From Hydrogenoanaerobacterium sp. (GTDB taxonomy: Bacteria; Bacillota; Clostridia; Oscillospirales; Ruminococcaceae): a stretch of DNA of 64,000 nucleotides. A program made the translations under genes and the position numbers. Under the pieces are notes generated by a model, which was given only the letters and a program-made list of their open reading frames with translations, made no database searches and was not told the origin of the DNA. Below are positions 55,702 through 64,000 of this stretch, in pieces (the first letter of the stretch is position 1; each line of letters begins with the position of its first letter). The stretch is taken from NCBI GenBank assembly GCA_036638975.1, contig JAVWJP010000002.1, positions 54,375 to 118,374 of the forward strand. The letters run 5' to 3'.

Positions 55702-57146
55702 TTTGGGATTTCTCCTTTTTCTTTAAGCATACGCAAAACTATTTCTTTTTCGTCAAAACATATTGTTCCAAAATCCAGCACCTGATAATCCTCGTGCCCC
55801 TTGCCGCAAAGCAAAAGTATATCGCCCTCTTTTGCAAAATCCAAGGCATATTCTATCGCCTCGTAACGGTTTGGTAATATTTTGTATGGTGTTTTGTGCT
55901 CTAAAAACCCCGGTACCGCATCGTTTATAATTTGTAGCGGGTCTTCATCACGCGGGTTGTCTGAGGTTAAAATTACGTAGTCAGAAAGCCGCGCAACTAT
56001 CTCTGCCATTTTGGGGCGCTTGCTTCTGTCGCGGTTACCCGCACAGCCAAACAGGGTTATAATGCGCCCTGTCGCGTACTCTCGCACACTTTCTATAATT
56101 TTTTCAAGCCCGTCGGGTGTGTGGGCGTAATCGCGTATTATTGTAAATGGGTGCTCGGCAACAATAAGCTCGGTGCGCCCCGTCACACCCTTGCACTCGC
56201 AAAGCCCTTTTACAGCTTCTTCAAAGCTAACACCCGCTGCCAAAGCCGCAACACCCGCTGCCAAAGCATTTGAAACCGAATATTTACCGGGCATACAAAA
56301 ATTAACGCGCCCTATATGATTTTGCGTAACAAGCGCAAAACGGCTGCCGGTGGCAGATGAATAAATATTTTTTGCAATAAAGTCTGCATTGTCATCGTCT
56401 GTAGAAAACGTAAGCACCTTGCACGGTACTTCCTTTGTAAGCCGCAGACCATATTCATCGTCTATATTTATAACTGCTGTACCGCATATATCAAAAAGAC
56501 TTTTTTTAGCCGCATAATAGTTTTCCATTGTACCATGGTAATCAAGGTGATCCTGCGTAAGGTTGGTAAAAACGCCTACGTCAAAATGACACCCCGCAAG
56601 GCGGTGCTGGTCCAGAGCATGTGACGAAACCTCCATTACAACATATTCGCAGCCCGCAAGTGCCATGCGCGAAAAAAGCACATGAAGCTCAGAGGGGTCC
56701 GGCGTTGTATGCGTTGCAGGCACATTCATTTCGCCAATCTCATTATGAATAGTACCTATTAGCCCCACCCGCTTACCCGCATCTTCAAGCAGCTGCTTTA
56801 CAAGGTAGCTTATAGTGGTTTTGCCGTTTGTACCTGTTATGCCTATAAGCTTTAATTTACCGGCAGGGTTGCCATAAAAATTGCCACACATAATACCATA
56901 TGCCTCTCGCGTATTAGCTACTACAAGCTGCTGCGGAAGCCCCACATCTTTTTCGCACACAACAAGGCTTGCTCCGCTTTCTACAGCCTTTTGTGCCACA
57001 TCATGCCCGTCAAATTTTTGCCCCTTGATACACACGAAGACCGTCCCTGCGACAACCTCTCGGTTATCACAAGTAACCTTTACGACTTCACAGTCCTTTA
57101 TGTTTTCATCATGCTTTATTCCATTTAAAAGCTCGTAAAGTGTCAC
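55698..57146 (-). CDS. murE: UDP-N-acetylmuramoyl-L-alanyl-D-glutamate--2,6-diaminopimelate (or L-lysine) ligase
   Basis: 482 aa. ITGTNGKTT, DYAHTPDGLE and the DNPR motif (TSDNPRDEDP, usually associated with DAP-type MurE). Confidence 0.94.
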   Translation of the reverse strand: MTLYELLNGIKHDENIKDCEVVKVTCDNREVVAGTVFVCIKGQKFDGHDVAQKAVESGASLVVCEKDVGLPQQLVVANTREAYGIMCGNFYGNPAGKLKLIGITGTNGKTTISYLVKQLLEDAGKRVGLIGTIHNEIGEMNVPATHTTPDPSELHVLFSRMALAGCEYVVMEVSSHALDQHRLAGCHFDVGVFTNLTQDHLDYHGTMENYYAAKKSLFDICGTAVINIDDEYGLRLTKEVPCKVLTFSTDDDNADFIAKNIYSSATGSRFALVTQNHIGRVNFCMPGKYSVSNALAAGVAALAAGVSFEEAVKGLCECKGVTGRTELIVAEHPFTIIRDYAHTPDGLEKIIESVREYATGRIITLFGCAGNRDRSKRPKMAEIVARLSDYVILTSDNPRDEDPLQIINDAVPGFLEHKTPYKILPNRYEAIEYALDFAKEGDILLLCGKGHEDYQVLDFGTICFDEKEIVLRMLKEKGEIPK

Positions 57147-57188
57147 GGTTACCCTCCTCTTTTTTATAGCTTAGTTTATATGTTTACT

Positions 57189-59489
57189 TTAATCAGAGGT
57201 ATCTGTGCTTACAAACTGCACCGTAATTACAGTGCCTACCTCTGCAACAGTACCTGCCTCCGGTGTTTGCTTAGCTGCCGTATTAACGCCTGTTGTCGCA
57301 CCTGCAAGACGAATATTAAAGCCCGCCTGTGTTATTGAAATATTTGCATTTTGTGCTGTCATGCCCTTGACATTAGGCACTGTACCCGCTGTACTTATCC
57401 CCTCTGTAGCTGTATAAAGCAGTACTCTCCCGCCCTTTGGCAAAGATGTCATTGCGCGCGGAGCTTGCTTTATTACAGTTTTGCCATCGCCTATAACTTC
57501 ATACGAAAGCCCCAATGGGCGCAGCGCAGCTTGAGCGTCCAGTGTGCCCTTGCCAACAACATCGGGCACTTTTATGTCTATGCGAGCAAGCTCTGCATCT
57601 GTATATTGCGGCTCTACGCCGAGATATGGCAATATTTCGCTTAAAATAGCCCCCACCACAGGTGCAGCTATAACAGACCCGAATGGGTTTGACATATATG
57701 GTTCATCAAGCATTAAAAGGCAGGCTATCTGCGGATTATCCGCAGGGGCAAAGCCCAAAAATGATGATATTCTTTTATCGACCTCACCCGATATATTTAC
57801 GTCATCTATTTTTTCTGACGTTCCTGTTTTGCCGCCTATGCGGTAACCGGGCACATAAGCGTTTTTGCCAGAGCCCTCTGAAACAACACGTTCTGCCATA
57901 AGCGCAATGGTTTTACTGGTTTCTTTTGAAATCACCTGTCGCTTCATATGCGGTTCAACATTTTTTACAATGTTACCGTCCGAATCCACCACTTGTTTTA
58001 CGACATATGGCTGCATTAACCTGCCGCCGTTTACAACTGCCGAAATAGCTGTTATTAACTGAATGGGTGTTTCTTTATGGGTTTGCCCAAACGATGAACT
58101 GGCAAGCTCTACACAGGGCACAACACGTGTAAGTGTTGCCTTGTTATGGTAAAGCCCCGTGTTTGCGGCTTCGCCCGGCAAGTCTATTCCGGTTTTTTCA
58201 GTAAGCCCGAACGCCTCGTAGTAATCAAAAAATTTTTCTCCGCCAAGACCCAGCCCCACCGTTATAAAGCCCGGGTTGCACGAGTTCATCATAATATGTG
58301 CAAAGTCCTGCGTACCGTGTCCTCCCGCTTTCCAGCAGCCAATTTTGCGGTTAGCAACCTGTATAGAACCCGTGCAGGTATACGAAAAGGTTTTTGGGTT
58401 TACAGTGCCCTCCTCCAACGCCGAGCTTCCTGTAATAAGCTTAAAAACAGAGCCCGGCTCGTATGGGTCTGATATGGCCTTATTGCGCCACTGGTCGTAT
58501 TGCAGTTGCAGACGCAAGTCGGACTTTTCGCTGTCAGTTAAAGCTTTTGCCCCCTCAAGCTCTTCTTGAGCACGCGGGTCTGTAATAGCATAAGGCTCGT
58601 TTGGGTCAAAATCGTTTTTAGTGGCCATTGCAAGCACTTCTCCTGTGTTTACGTCCATCACAATACAGGTGGCTCTGGCGCGTACATTATGCTCTTTTAC
58701 AGCAGTTTCTAAGTGCTTTTCTACAAAATGCTGGATAGTTTCATCTATTGTAAGCACTATGCTGTTGCCGTCATCGGCGGGGTACATTTTGTTATATTGG
58801 AACGGCATATCGCGCCCAACCGCATTTTTTGCCGCAACTACACGCCCGGGTGTACCGCTTAAAACGGTGTCATACTTTGCCTCCAACCCATATGCGCCGT
58901 GGTTTCCATCGCCTGTAAAGCCCAAAACAGTAGAAGCAAGGCTGCCGTAGGGGTAATACCGTTTATTGTCTTCTTCTAAATTTATGCAGCTTATGTCGTT
59001 TTCTGCGGCGAACTCCAAAACCTTGTCGGCAAGGGGGCGGTCTACACGTTTTTTAATAATTTCGTAATAGGTTTTGCGCTTTGTTTTTTCAAGTATCACC
59101 TCGCGGTCCACCGTCAGTATCTCTGAAAGACCATCGGCAATAAGCGTTCTAAGCTCGTCGGCTGTGCGTATAACAACAGCGTTTTTATCTTTTTTGTCGG
59201 CGATATCCGACGGCGAAACAACTACAGTCCAAACCGTTGCGCTTCTTGCGAGCGTCTTCATATTTCTGTCATAAATAAGCCCGCGTTCCGGCGAAATATC
59301 TGCCTCACGTAGCTGCTGCTTTGCCGCCTCGCGTTGGTACTCATCGGCATCTACCACTTGCAGCAAAAAAAGCTTTGTAAAAAGCGCGACAGTTGCTACG
59401 ACGCATAAAATAATCATACATACCACCATGCGTCTTTTCATTTTAGAGCTGGGACCTGTAACTGCCATTACGCTTTTCCCCTTTCGCAT
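57189..59489 (-). CDS. Class B penicillin-binding protein (PBP2B/SpoVD/FtsI type) with two C-terminal PASTA domains
   Basis: 766 aa. TM anchor, SVFK (SxxK), SCN (SxN) and KTGTS motifs. Two PASTA-like repeats (VPDVVGK..., VPNVKGM...). Confidence 0.93.
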   Translation of the reverse strand: MRKGKSVMAVTGPSSKMKRRMVVCMIILCVVATVALFTKLFLLQVVDADEYQREAAKQQLREADISPERGLIYDRNMKTLARSATVWTVVVSPSDIADKKDKNAVVIRTADELRTLIADGLSEILTVDREVILEKTKRKTYYEIIKKRVDRPLADKVLEFAAENDISCINLEEDNKRYYPYGSLASTVLGFTGDGNHGAYGLEAKYDTVLSGTPGRVVAAKNAVGRDMPFQYNKMYPADDGNSIVLTIDETIQHFVEKHLETAVKEHNVRARATCIVMDVNTGEVLAMATKNDFDPNEPYAITDPRAQEELEGAKALTDSEKSDLRLQLQYDQWRNKAISDPYEPGSVFKLITGSSALEEGTVNPKTFSYTCTGSIQVANRKIGCWKAGGHGTQDFAHIMMNSCNPGFITVGLGLGGEKFFDYYEAFGLTEKTGIDLPGEAANTGLYHNKATLTRVVPCVELASSSFGQTHKETPIQLITAISAVVNGGRLMQPYVVKQVVDSDGNIVKNVEPHMKRQVISKETSKTIALMAERVVSEGSGKNAYVPGYRIGGKTGTSEKIDDVNISGEVDKRISSFLGFAPADNPQIACLLMLDEPYMSNPFGSVIAAPVVGAILSEILPYLGVEPQYTDAELARIDIKVPDVVGKGTLDAQAALRPLGLSYEVIGDGKTVIKQAPRAMTSLPKGGRVLLYTATEGISTAGTVPNVKGMTAQNANISITQAGFNIRLAGATTGVNTAAKQTPEAGTVAEVGTVITVQFVSTDTSD

Positions 59490-59605
59490 TTTTTGCCGCG
59501 ATTTGTCGTTTTACAGCACTTTTTAAAGGTGCTTTGCTATAAAATTAAGAAAGAGCCAAGAATATTACATCCTTAACTCTTTAGGATTACTCCATTCATA
59601 TTTTC

Positions 59606-60091
59606 CTAGCGGCTAAGGTATTCCTTTATTTGAGCAATAGATTTTTGGGCGATGTTGCCCTGCGCAAAATCTTGCCGCTCCACCTCAACCTCATCGTCCG
59701 GTGCCAAATTGATATATTCAATCTGGCTTCTGTCCATTTTAACAAGCCCAAGTGTGCTCTCGGCGCTTTCCTCTATATTTTTTATAGACATTTTGCTCTC
59801 AAGAGAAGCCTGTAGGCGCACACCCTCGCTTTGCAGCTCATTTGCCTCCTGCGTTGCGGTGTCTATCTGCGCCCCAATCTCTGTAAGCACAACGTTATTG
59901 TAGATGAAAAGTGAAGTTATGACAACCACTATAACTGCGACAAACAGTACCACTGCCGGGGATAAGCCGAACAAATGGCTGGGCGCGGGACGCGGATTCC
60001 TTACAACGCGCAGCGTGCGACGCTCGGCGCGCTGTTCAAACATAGAAAGATCATATGCGCTGGATTCTTTTTGCGGTGTCGGTACAGCCAT
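59606..60091 (-). CDS. ftsL: Cell division protein FtsL-like (single TM plus coiled coil)
   Basis: 161 aa. One TM segment (LSPAVVLFVAVIVVVITSLFIY) followed by a coiled region. Occupies the canonical position between rsmH and the class B PBP. Confidence 0.75.
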   Translation of the reverse strand: MAVPTPQKESSAYDLSMFEQRAERRTLRVVRNPRPAPSHLFGLSPAVVLFVAVIVVVITSLFIYNNVVLTEIGAQIDTATQEANELQSEGVRLQASLESKMSIKNIEESAESTLGLVKMDRSQIEYINLAPDDEVEVERQDFAQGNIAQKSIAQIKEYLSR

Positions 60092-60206
60092 TTGTTCGTC
60101 CTCCCCTAAAATAGAAATAGTTTAACCCGTCTGCGCGGTTACAAAGCGCGCAAGGGCTTTGGCGCGGTTTAACTGTCGCACCAAATATGTAAAATAGTTT
60201 AACACA

Positions 60207-61130
60207 TTAAAGTTTTTGCAACACCCTTAAACGAGCACTGCGGCTGCGGCGGTTTTCCTCCTGCTCGGCGGCTGTCGGCTCTATGGGCTTGCGCGGCGTA
60301 AGCTTTGCCCTCGGGGTTTTTCCGCATATGCAAACAGGGAAGTCCGGCGGGCAAGTGCAGCCCTTTGTATACTGCGCAAATTTTTGCTTTACCATACGGT
60401 CTTCCAAAGAATGGAAGGTAATTACAGCAAATCTGCCTCCGGCATTAAGACATTCAAAAGCGGTGTCAAGTGCAACAGAAAGACTGTTTAGTTCACCGTT
60501 TACAGCTATACGCAGCGCCTGAAAAGTTTTTTTCGCGGGGTTTCCCTCGCGCTTTACCGCAGACGGCACTGAAGCTTTTATTATATCAAGTAGCTGTAGG
60601 GTAGTGTCTACAGGGGCATTATCTCGCGCTTTTACTATATTTTGCGCTATTCTCCATGCAAAACGTTCTTCCCCAAACTCGCGCATTATACGCGCTAAAT
60701 CATCGGCGGAATATGTATTTACTATTTCGTGCGCGCTTATTCCGCTTTGACTCATTCGCATATCAAGCCTTGCATCTTGTAAATATGAAAACCCGCGCTC
60801 TGCGGTGTCTAACTGGTGTGATGAAACGCCCAAGTCTAAAAAAATACCGTCAACCTTTTCTATAGATAAATTTTTAAGCACCTGCGGCATCTGTGAAAAA
60901 TCGCTTTGTACAACGGTTGCACATGGGAAAACGGAAAGGCGCTCTGTCGCCGTTTTTACTGCATCAGGGTCTTTATCCAGCGCAATAAGCCTGCCTGTGG
61001 TAAGTTTCTTTGCTATTTCTGCCGAATGCCCGGCACCGCCCACTGTTCCGTCAACGTAAGTTTTTTCGGGGCTTATATTCAGTGCCTCTATGCTCTCGTT
61101 AAGCAAAACCGAAACATGATGAAAAGTCAT
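60207..61130 (-). CDS. rsmH: 16S rRNA (cytosine1402-N4)-methyltransferase
   Basis: 307 aa. HVSVLLNE, DGTVGGAGHS, DLGVSSHQLD and ITFHSLEDR. Confidence 0.97.
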   Translation of the reverse strand: MTFHHVSVLLNESIEALNISPEKTYVDGTVGGAGHSAEIAKKLTTGRLIALDKDPDAVKTATERLSVFPCATVVQSDFSQMPQVLKNLSIEKVDGIFLDLGVSSHQLDTAERGFSYLQDARLDMRMSQSGISAHEIVNTYSADDLARIMREFGEERFAWRIAQNIVKARDNAPVDTTLQLLDIIKASVPSAVKREGNPAKKTFQALRIAVNGELNSLSVALDTAFECLNAGGRFAVITFHSLEDRMVKQKFAQYTKGCTCPPDFPVCICGKTPRAKLTPRKPIEPTAAEQEENRRSRSARLRVLQKL

Positions 61131-61148
61131 AGCTCTCCTTTATCAATA

Positions 61149-61568
61149 TCAGAAGCCCAAATCGTCCATTGCCTGTTCTACCATTTGCGGGGTAAGCTCG
61201 TTGCAGCTCTCCTGCCACCTGTCCTTATCCCAAATCTCGGCACGGGTAGATGCTCCTATTATCATAACGTCCTTTGCAAGACCCGCGTAATCGCGCAAAT
61301 TTTGCGGAATAACTATGCGTCCCTGCTTATCAAGCTCTACTTCTACAGCACCCGAAAACAAAAACCTTTGCAGTGTTCGCGCTTTGCTCATAGGCAGCGC
61401 TTTTATTTTATCTTCAAGCCTTGCCCACTCGTCACCCGCGTAAACAAAAAGGCAATTATCAAGCCCCTTTGTAAGTATAAAGCGTTCTCCCAAATGGTCG
61501 CGCATTTTGGCGGGAAAATTAACACGTCCTTTTATATCTATGCTATGCGCATATTCACCTATTAACAT
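61149..61568 (-). CDS. mraZ: Transcriptional regulator MraZ
   Basis: MLIGEYAHSIDIKGRVNFPAKMR and a second SpoVT/AbrB-like repeat LDKQGRIVIPQNLR. Start is ATG 61568 after AGGTGGTG. The track's 20-codon extension would cover the MraZ boxes. Confidence 0.95.
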   Translation of the reverse strand: MLIGEYAHSIDIKGRVNFPAKMRDHLGERFILTKGLDNCLFVYAGDEWARLEDKIKALPMSKARTLQRFLFSGAVEVELDKQGRIVIPQNLRDYAGLAKDVMIIGASTRAEIWDKDRWQESCNELTPQMVEQAMDDLGF

Positions 61569-61598
61569 TCTCACCACCTGCCTTTCCATTATGGGGCT

Positions 61599-61628
61599 TT
61601 TGCACCACTTGCACCCACTTTTCACCAC
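61599..61628 (-). promoter_or_regulatory. Three direct GTGG(G/T) repeats at exact 10-nt spacing (putative MraZ operator)
   Basis: Minus strand GTGGTGAAAA GTGGGTGCAA GTGGTGCAAA, immediately downstream of the Pmra -10 element. Confidence 0.65.
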
Positions 61629-61637
61629 CGTATATTC

Positions 61638-61666
61638 ATTATAGCGGTAAACTTTTGAAAATGCAA
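61638..61666 (-). promoter_or_regulatory. Pmra: sigma-A promoter of the dcw cluster
   Basis: Minus strand TTGCAT-17 nt-TATAAT, about 70 nt upstream of the mraZ ATG. Confidence 0.7.
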
Positions 61667-61751
61667 TGATTAAATTTCTTTTTGAGCATCTTTTTTAGAG
61701 TTTTTTTAACAAAATTTTCATTTTTATGGTTATTTTTTACTTTTAATGAAA

Positions 61752-61788
61752 ATAAAAAAACAGAGGTCCACATATCTGACCTCTGTTT
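61752..61788 (-). terminator. Rho-independent terminator after the coiled-coil protein gene
   Basis: Minus-strand CAGAGGUC-loop-GACCUCUG followed by U7. Confidence 0.8.
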
Positions 61789-61801
61789 GGTATTCTGTTT
61801 A

Positions 61802-62254
61802 CTAATTTTTAGTGTTCCGCAGTGCCTGTCTTGTGGCTTTTACCTCGCCTAAATTTTTGGTCAAGCTGTCCTCTGTGGTTTTAAGCAGCTTGTCCGCAAA
61901 TTCCTGAGAAACCCTGCGCATCTCGCGTGACTTCATCTGTGACTGCGTAAGCATTTCTTGCGAGCGCTGCTGCGCCTGCTTTACAATTTCTTCTTGCGCC
62001 ACAAGCAGCTTTGCACGCTCCTCGGCTCGTCGCACTATGTTTTCTGCTTCACGCTTAGCCTCTGCTATAATATCGGCGCGGTCAGCTACTATTTTTTGTG
62101 CATGAGAAATTTCGGCAGGCAAATTTGCGCGTATGTCATCTATAATATCACGAACCTTATCTGCATCTAGCACACAACGTCCGCCTGTCATGGGTAAATT
62201 CCACGCGCGGTCTATCATTTCATCAAGCGTGTCCAATATTTGTTCTACATTCAT
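61802..62254 (-). CDS. Conserved coiled-coil protein of unknown function (ATPase subunit b/H-like heptad pattern)
   Basis: 150 aa, strongly helical and charged (AEAKREAENIVRRAEERAKLLVAQEEIVKQAQQRSQEM). Has its own terminator. No enzymatic motif is visible. Confidence 0.6.
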   Translation of the reverse strand: MNVEQILDTLDEMIDRAWNLPMTGGRCVLDADKVRDIIDDIRANLPAEISHAQKIVADRADIIAEAKREAENIVRRAEERAKLLVAQEEIVKQAQQRSQEMLTQSQMKSREMRRVSQEFADKLLKTTEDSLTKNLGEVKATRQALRNTKN

Positions 62255-62278
62255 TTTGCCAACCTCCTGTTTTGCTTA

Positions 62279-62761
62279 TTATGCTTTTCTAAGACGTTTT
62301 TCCACCTCTGCGGCAATTTCCGCAGGTACAAAATCAGATATATCTCCGCCAAAAGATGCTATTTGCTTTACAATGCTGGAGCTTAAATACATATTCTCGG
62401 CAGAAGTTGTTAAGAAAAGCGTATCTGCCTCGGGGTTAAGCTTTTTGTTTATAAGTGCCATCTGAAATTCATATTCAAAATCTGTAACAGCACGAAGCCC
62501 CTTTACAACCGCAACTGCGCCTTTTTCTCGCACATAGTCCATAAGCAAGCCCGAAAACGTGTCAACCTCCATGTTTGTTATGTCTGCCGCCGCCAGACGA
62601 ATCATAGCGGCACGTTCATCGGCAGTAAAGCTAGGTACTTTTTCGGAGTTTATTACAACCACTACTATAATTTTGTCAAACAATTTTGAGGCTCTTTGCA
62701 AAATGTCCAGATGCCCTTTTGTTACAGGGTCAAAGCTTCCGGGGCAAATAGCTATTCTCAT
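62279..62761 (-). CDS. coaD: Phosphopantetheine adenylyltransferase
   Basis: 160 aa. PGSFDPVTKGHLDI (T/HxGH motif), and VKGLRAVTDFEYE. Confidence 0.97.
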   Translation of the reverse strand: MRIAICPGSFDPVTKGHLDILQRASKLFDKIIVVVVINSEKVPSFTADERAAMIRLAAADITNMEVDTFSGLLMDYVREKGAVAVVKGLRAVTDFEYEFQMALINKKLNPEADTLFLTTSAENMYLSSSIVKQIASFGGDISDFVPAEIAAEVEKRLRKA

Positions 62762-63309
62762 TAATCTTCTCCCCCATCGTTTTTATACATCCATACCTTG
62801 ACCTTGCCGTAGCGGTATGTCCTGCGGAGAACAAAATCACCTGCCGTTTCCGGCAAAAGCTCTTGCAGCTGGGTTTCACACAGTATCACCGAGTTTTTAG
62901 CCATATGCCGTGCAACAGATGGCAGCACATCTGCCAAAATACCTTTATTATAAGGCGGGTCTAAAAGAGCGATGTCGTAGTGCTCACCCGCACTCATAAG
63001 ATAGGCTTTTGCGTCCATCGGGTATATCTTGGCATTTTCTAAAAGCTCTGTAGTTTCTAAATTTTGCTTTATTGCCGCTATAGCCTGTTTAGAGCTGTCA
63101 ACAAAGCTTACCGAGGCTGCCCCACGGGAGAGCGCCTCTATACCCATTTGTCCCGTACCCGCAAATAAATCCAGCACTGCTGCGCCGGGTATATCAAACT
63201 GTATTATAGAAAAAATTGATTCCTTTACCATATCTGTGGTCGGACGTATTTCTATTCCGTCAGGCGCTGTAAGCTTTCGCCCCCGTGCCGTACCCGTAAT
63301 AACTCTCAT
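62761..63309 (-). CDS. rsmD: 16S rRNA (guanine966-N2)-methyltransferase
   Basis: 182 aa. MRVITGTARGRKL, DLFAGTGQMGIEALSRGA and LDPPY motifs. The rsmD-coaD pairing is conserved in Firmicutes. Confidence 0.93.
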   Translation of the reverse strand: MRVITGTARGRKLTAPDGIEIRPTTDMVKESIFSIIQFDIPGAAVLDLFAGTGQMGIEALSRGAASVSFVDSSKQAIAAIKQNLETTELLENAKIYPMDAKAYLMSAGEHYDIALLDPPYNKGILADVLPSVARHMAKNSVILCETQLQELLPETAGDFVLRRTYRYGKVKVWMYKNDGGED

Positions 63310-63432
63310 GCTCTTTACCTCTCACTTCTTTTGTAAGGCAATTCCCACTGTTTTTGGCAGCAACCAAAACAACCGTAGTAACATTATCAGCTAAAAGCCA
63401 CGCTATGTCAACTACATTTTAAACATATACTG

Positions 63433-64000
63433 CTAAAATTTGTCTTCGTGCAAAAAAACATATAGCCCCTGCGCTGTTTTTTCGCTTATGCCCGAAACGG
63501 CTTTAAGCTCGTCCAAGCTTGCAGCTTTCATAGCCTTTATGGTTTTAAAATGCGCAAAAAGTGCCCTCGCGCGCGTCTGCCCTATGCCCGCCACAGAGGT
63601 TAAGCTTAGCTCGAAGGCTGTACTTTTGTGCCTTGCGCGCGAAAAAGTAACCGAAAACCTATGCACCTCGTCCTGTATGCTTGAAACAAGCGTAAAGGCT
63701 GCACGGTTTGCATTTATGGCAATTTCTCCGCCGTTTTCGGCAATGGCGCGAGTGCGGTGTTTTTCGTCCTTAACCATGCCATACACAGGTATATCAGAAA
63801 GACCAAGCTCGTTCAAAATAGGTCTGACCACACCGACGTGCCCGCGTCCGCCGTCCAAAAGAATTAGGTCAGGCTTTTTGCCAAAGCCACGCCCCGTTTC
63901 TTTTTCTTCAAAATATCTTGCAAAGCGGCGCGAAATAACCTCTTTCATGCAGGCGTAATCATCTGGAGTAAACTGCGTTTTTATAGAGAATTTTTTATAA
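63433..64000 (-). CDS. uvrC: Excinuclease ABC subunit C, C-terminal part (the 5' end lies beyond the window)
   Basis: The frame stays open upstream of the track ATG: ...TPDDYACMKEVISRRF matches the conserved UvrC DDYASMxEV block. An Endo V-like domain (LILLDGGRGH) and a C-terminal (HhH)2 (LTSVAGIGQTRARAL) follow. Confidence 0.9.
   Translation of the reverse strand, partial: YKKFSIKTQFTPDDYACMKEVISRRFARYFEEKETGRGFGKKPDLILLDGGRGHVGVVRPILNELGLSDIPVYGMVKDEKHRTRAIAENGGEIAINANRAAFTLVSSIQDEVHRFSVTFSRARHKSTAFELSLTSVAGIGQTRARALFAHFKTIKAMKAASLDELKAVSGISEKTAQGLYVFLHEDKF

Noticed and set aside
1-64000. A search by eye for tRNA/rRNA genes, CRISPR arrays, IS elements or inverted terminal repeats, integrases and prophage remnants.
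   Set aside because: All intergenic regions are 300 nt or shorter and are accounted for by promoters, terminators or the riboswitch. I found no array-like direct repeats and no transposase- or integrase-like ORFs.

Overview
This is a chromosomal segment from an anaerobic Firmicute of Clostridia type. Supporting signs are GGAGG-type ribosome binding sites (RBS), many TTG/GTG starts, the anaerobic cbi-type B12 pathway, and SpoVD/SpoVE/YtvI-like genes. Coding density is very high and most genes are on the minus strand.

Layout:
- 1-3118: a truncated HxxxD acyltransferase, then a translationally coupled plus-strand cassette of an XRE regulator, a PflX-type radical SAM protein and a MATE exporter.
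- 3128-29219: one roughly 26 kb, 27-gene minus-strand cobalamin operon. It runs promoter, cobalamin riboswitch, cbiMNQO, cbiD-L-F-G, hemA, cbiH, a cbiJ::sirC fusion, hemC, cobA::hemD, hemB, hemL, cbiET, cbiA, cobT, cobU, cobS, a mini-cobU, cobC, cbiB, cobD, an apgM-like metalloenzyme, cbiP, cbiC.
- 29.3-47 kb: mixed envelope and housekeeping genes. These are a lipoprotein, a degenerate LCP-like protein, a patatin-like lipase, a D,D-carboxypeptidase, cyclophilin, a HelD-like helicase, a secreted repeat protein, an ACT-hom-thrB-lysC operon, ytvI, a class A PBP and a small membrane protein.
- 47.0-61.7 kb: the dcw cell-division/cell-wall gene cluster, mraZ-rsmH-ftsL-pbp2B-murE-murF-mraY-ftsW-murG-murA-ftsQ-ftsZ, with a recognisable Pmra promoter and MraZ boxes.
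- 61.8-64 kb: a coiled-coil protein, coaD, rsmD and the 3' part of uvrC.

I found no tRNA, rRNA, CRISPR array, IS element or prophage.

I cannot defend a complete new multi-gene system in this window. The most interesting unexplained items are:
- an alkaline-phosphatase-superfamily (apgM-like) enzyme tightly coupled between cobD and cbiP;
- a 127-aa truncated CobU paralogue hidden behind a TTG start;
- a CbiJ::SirC fusion in an operon with no cbiK/cbiX chelatase;
- the XRE/PflX-radical-SAM/MATE cassette;
- an orphan strong hairpin in the thr/ytvI intergenic region;
- a repeat-structured rsmH-ftsL spacer.

All functional calls come from reading the translated motifs by eye. No database search was run.
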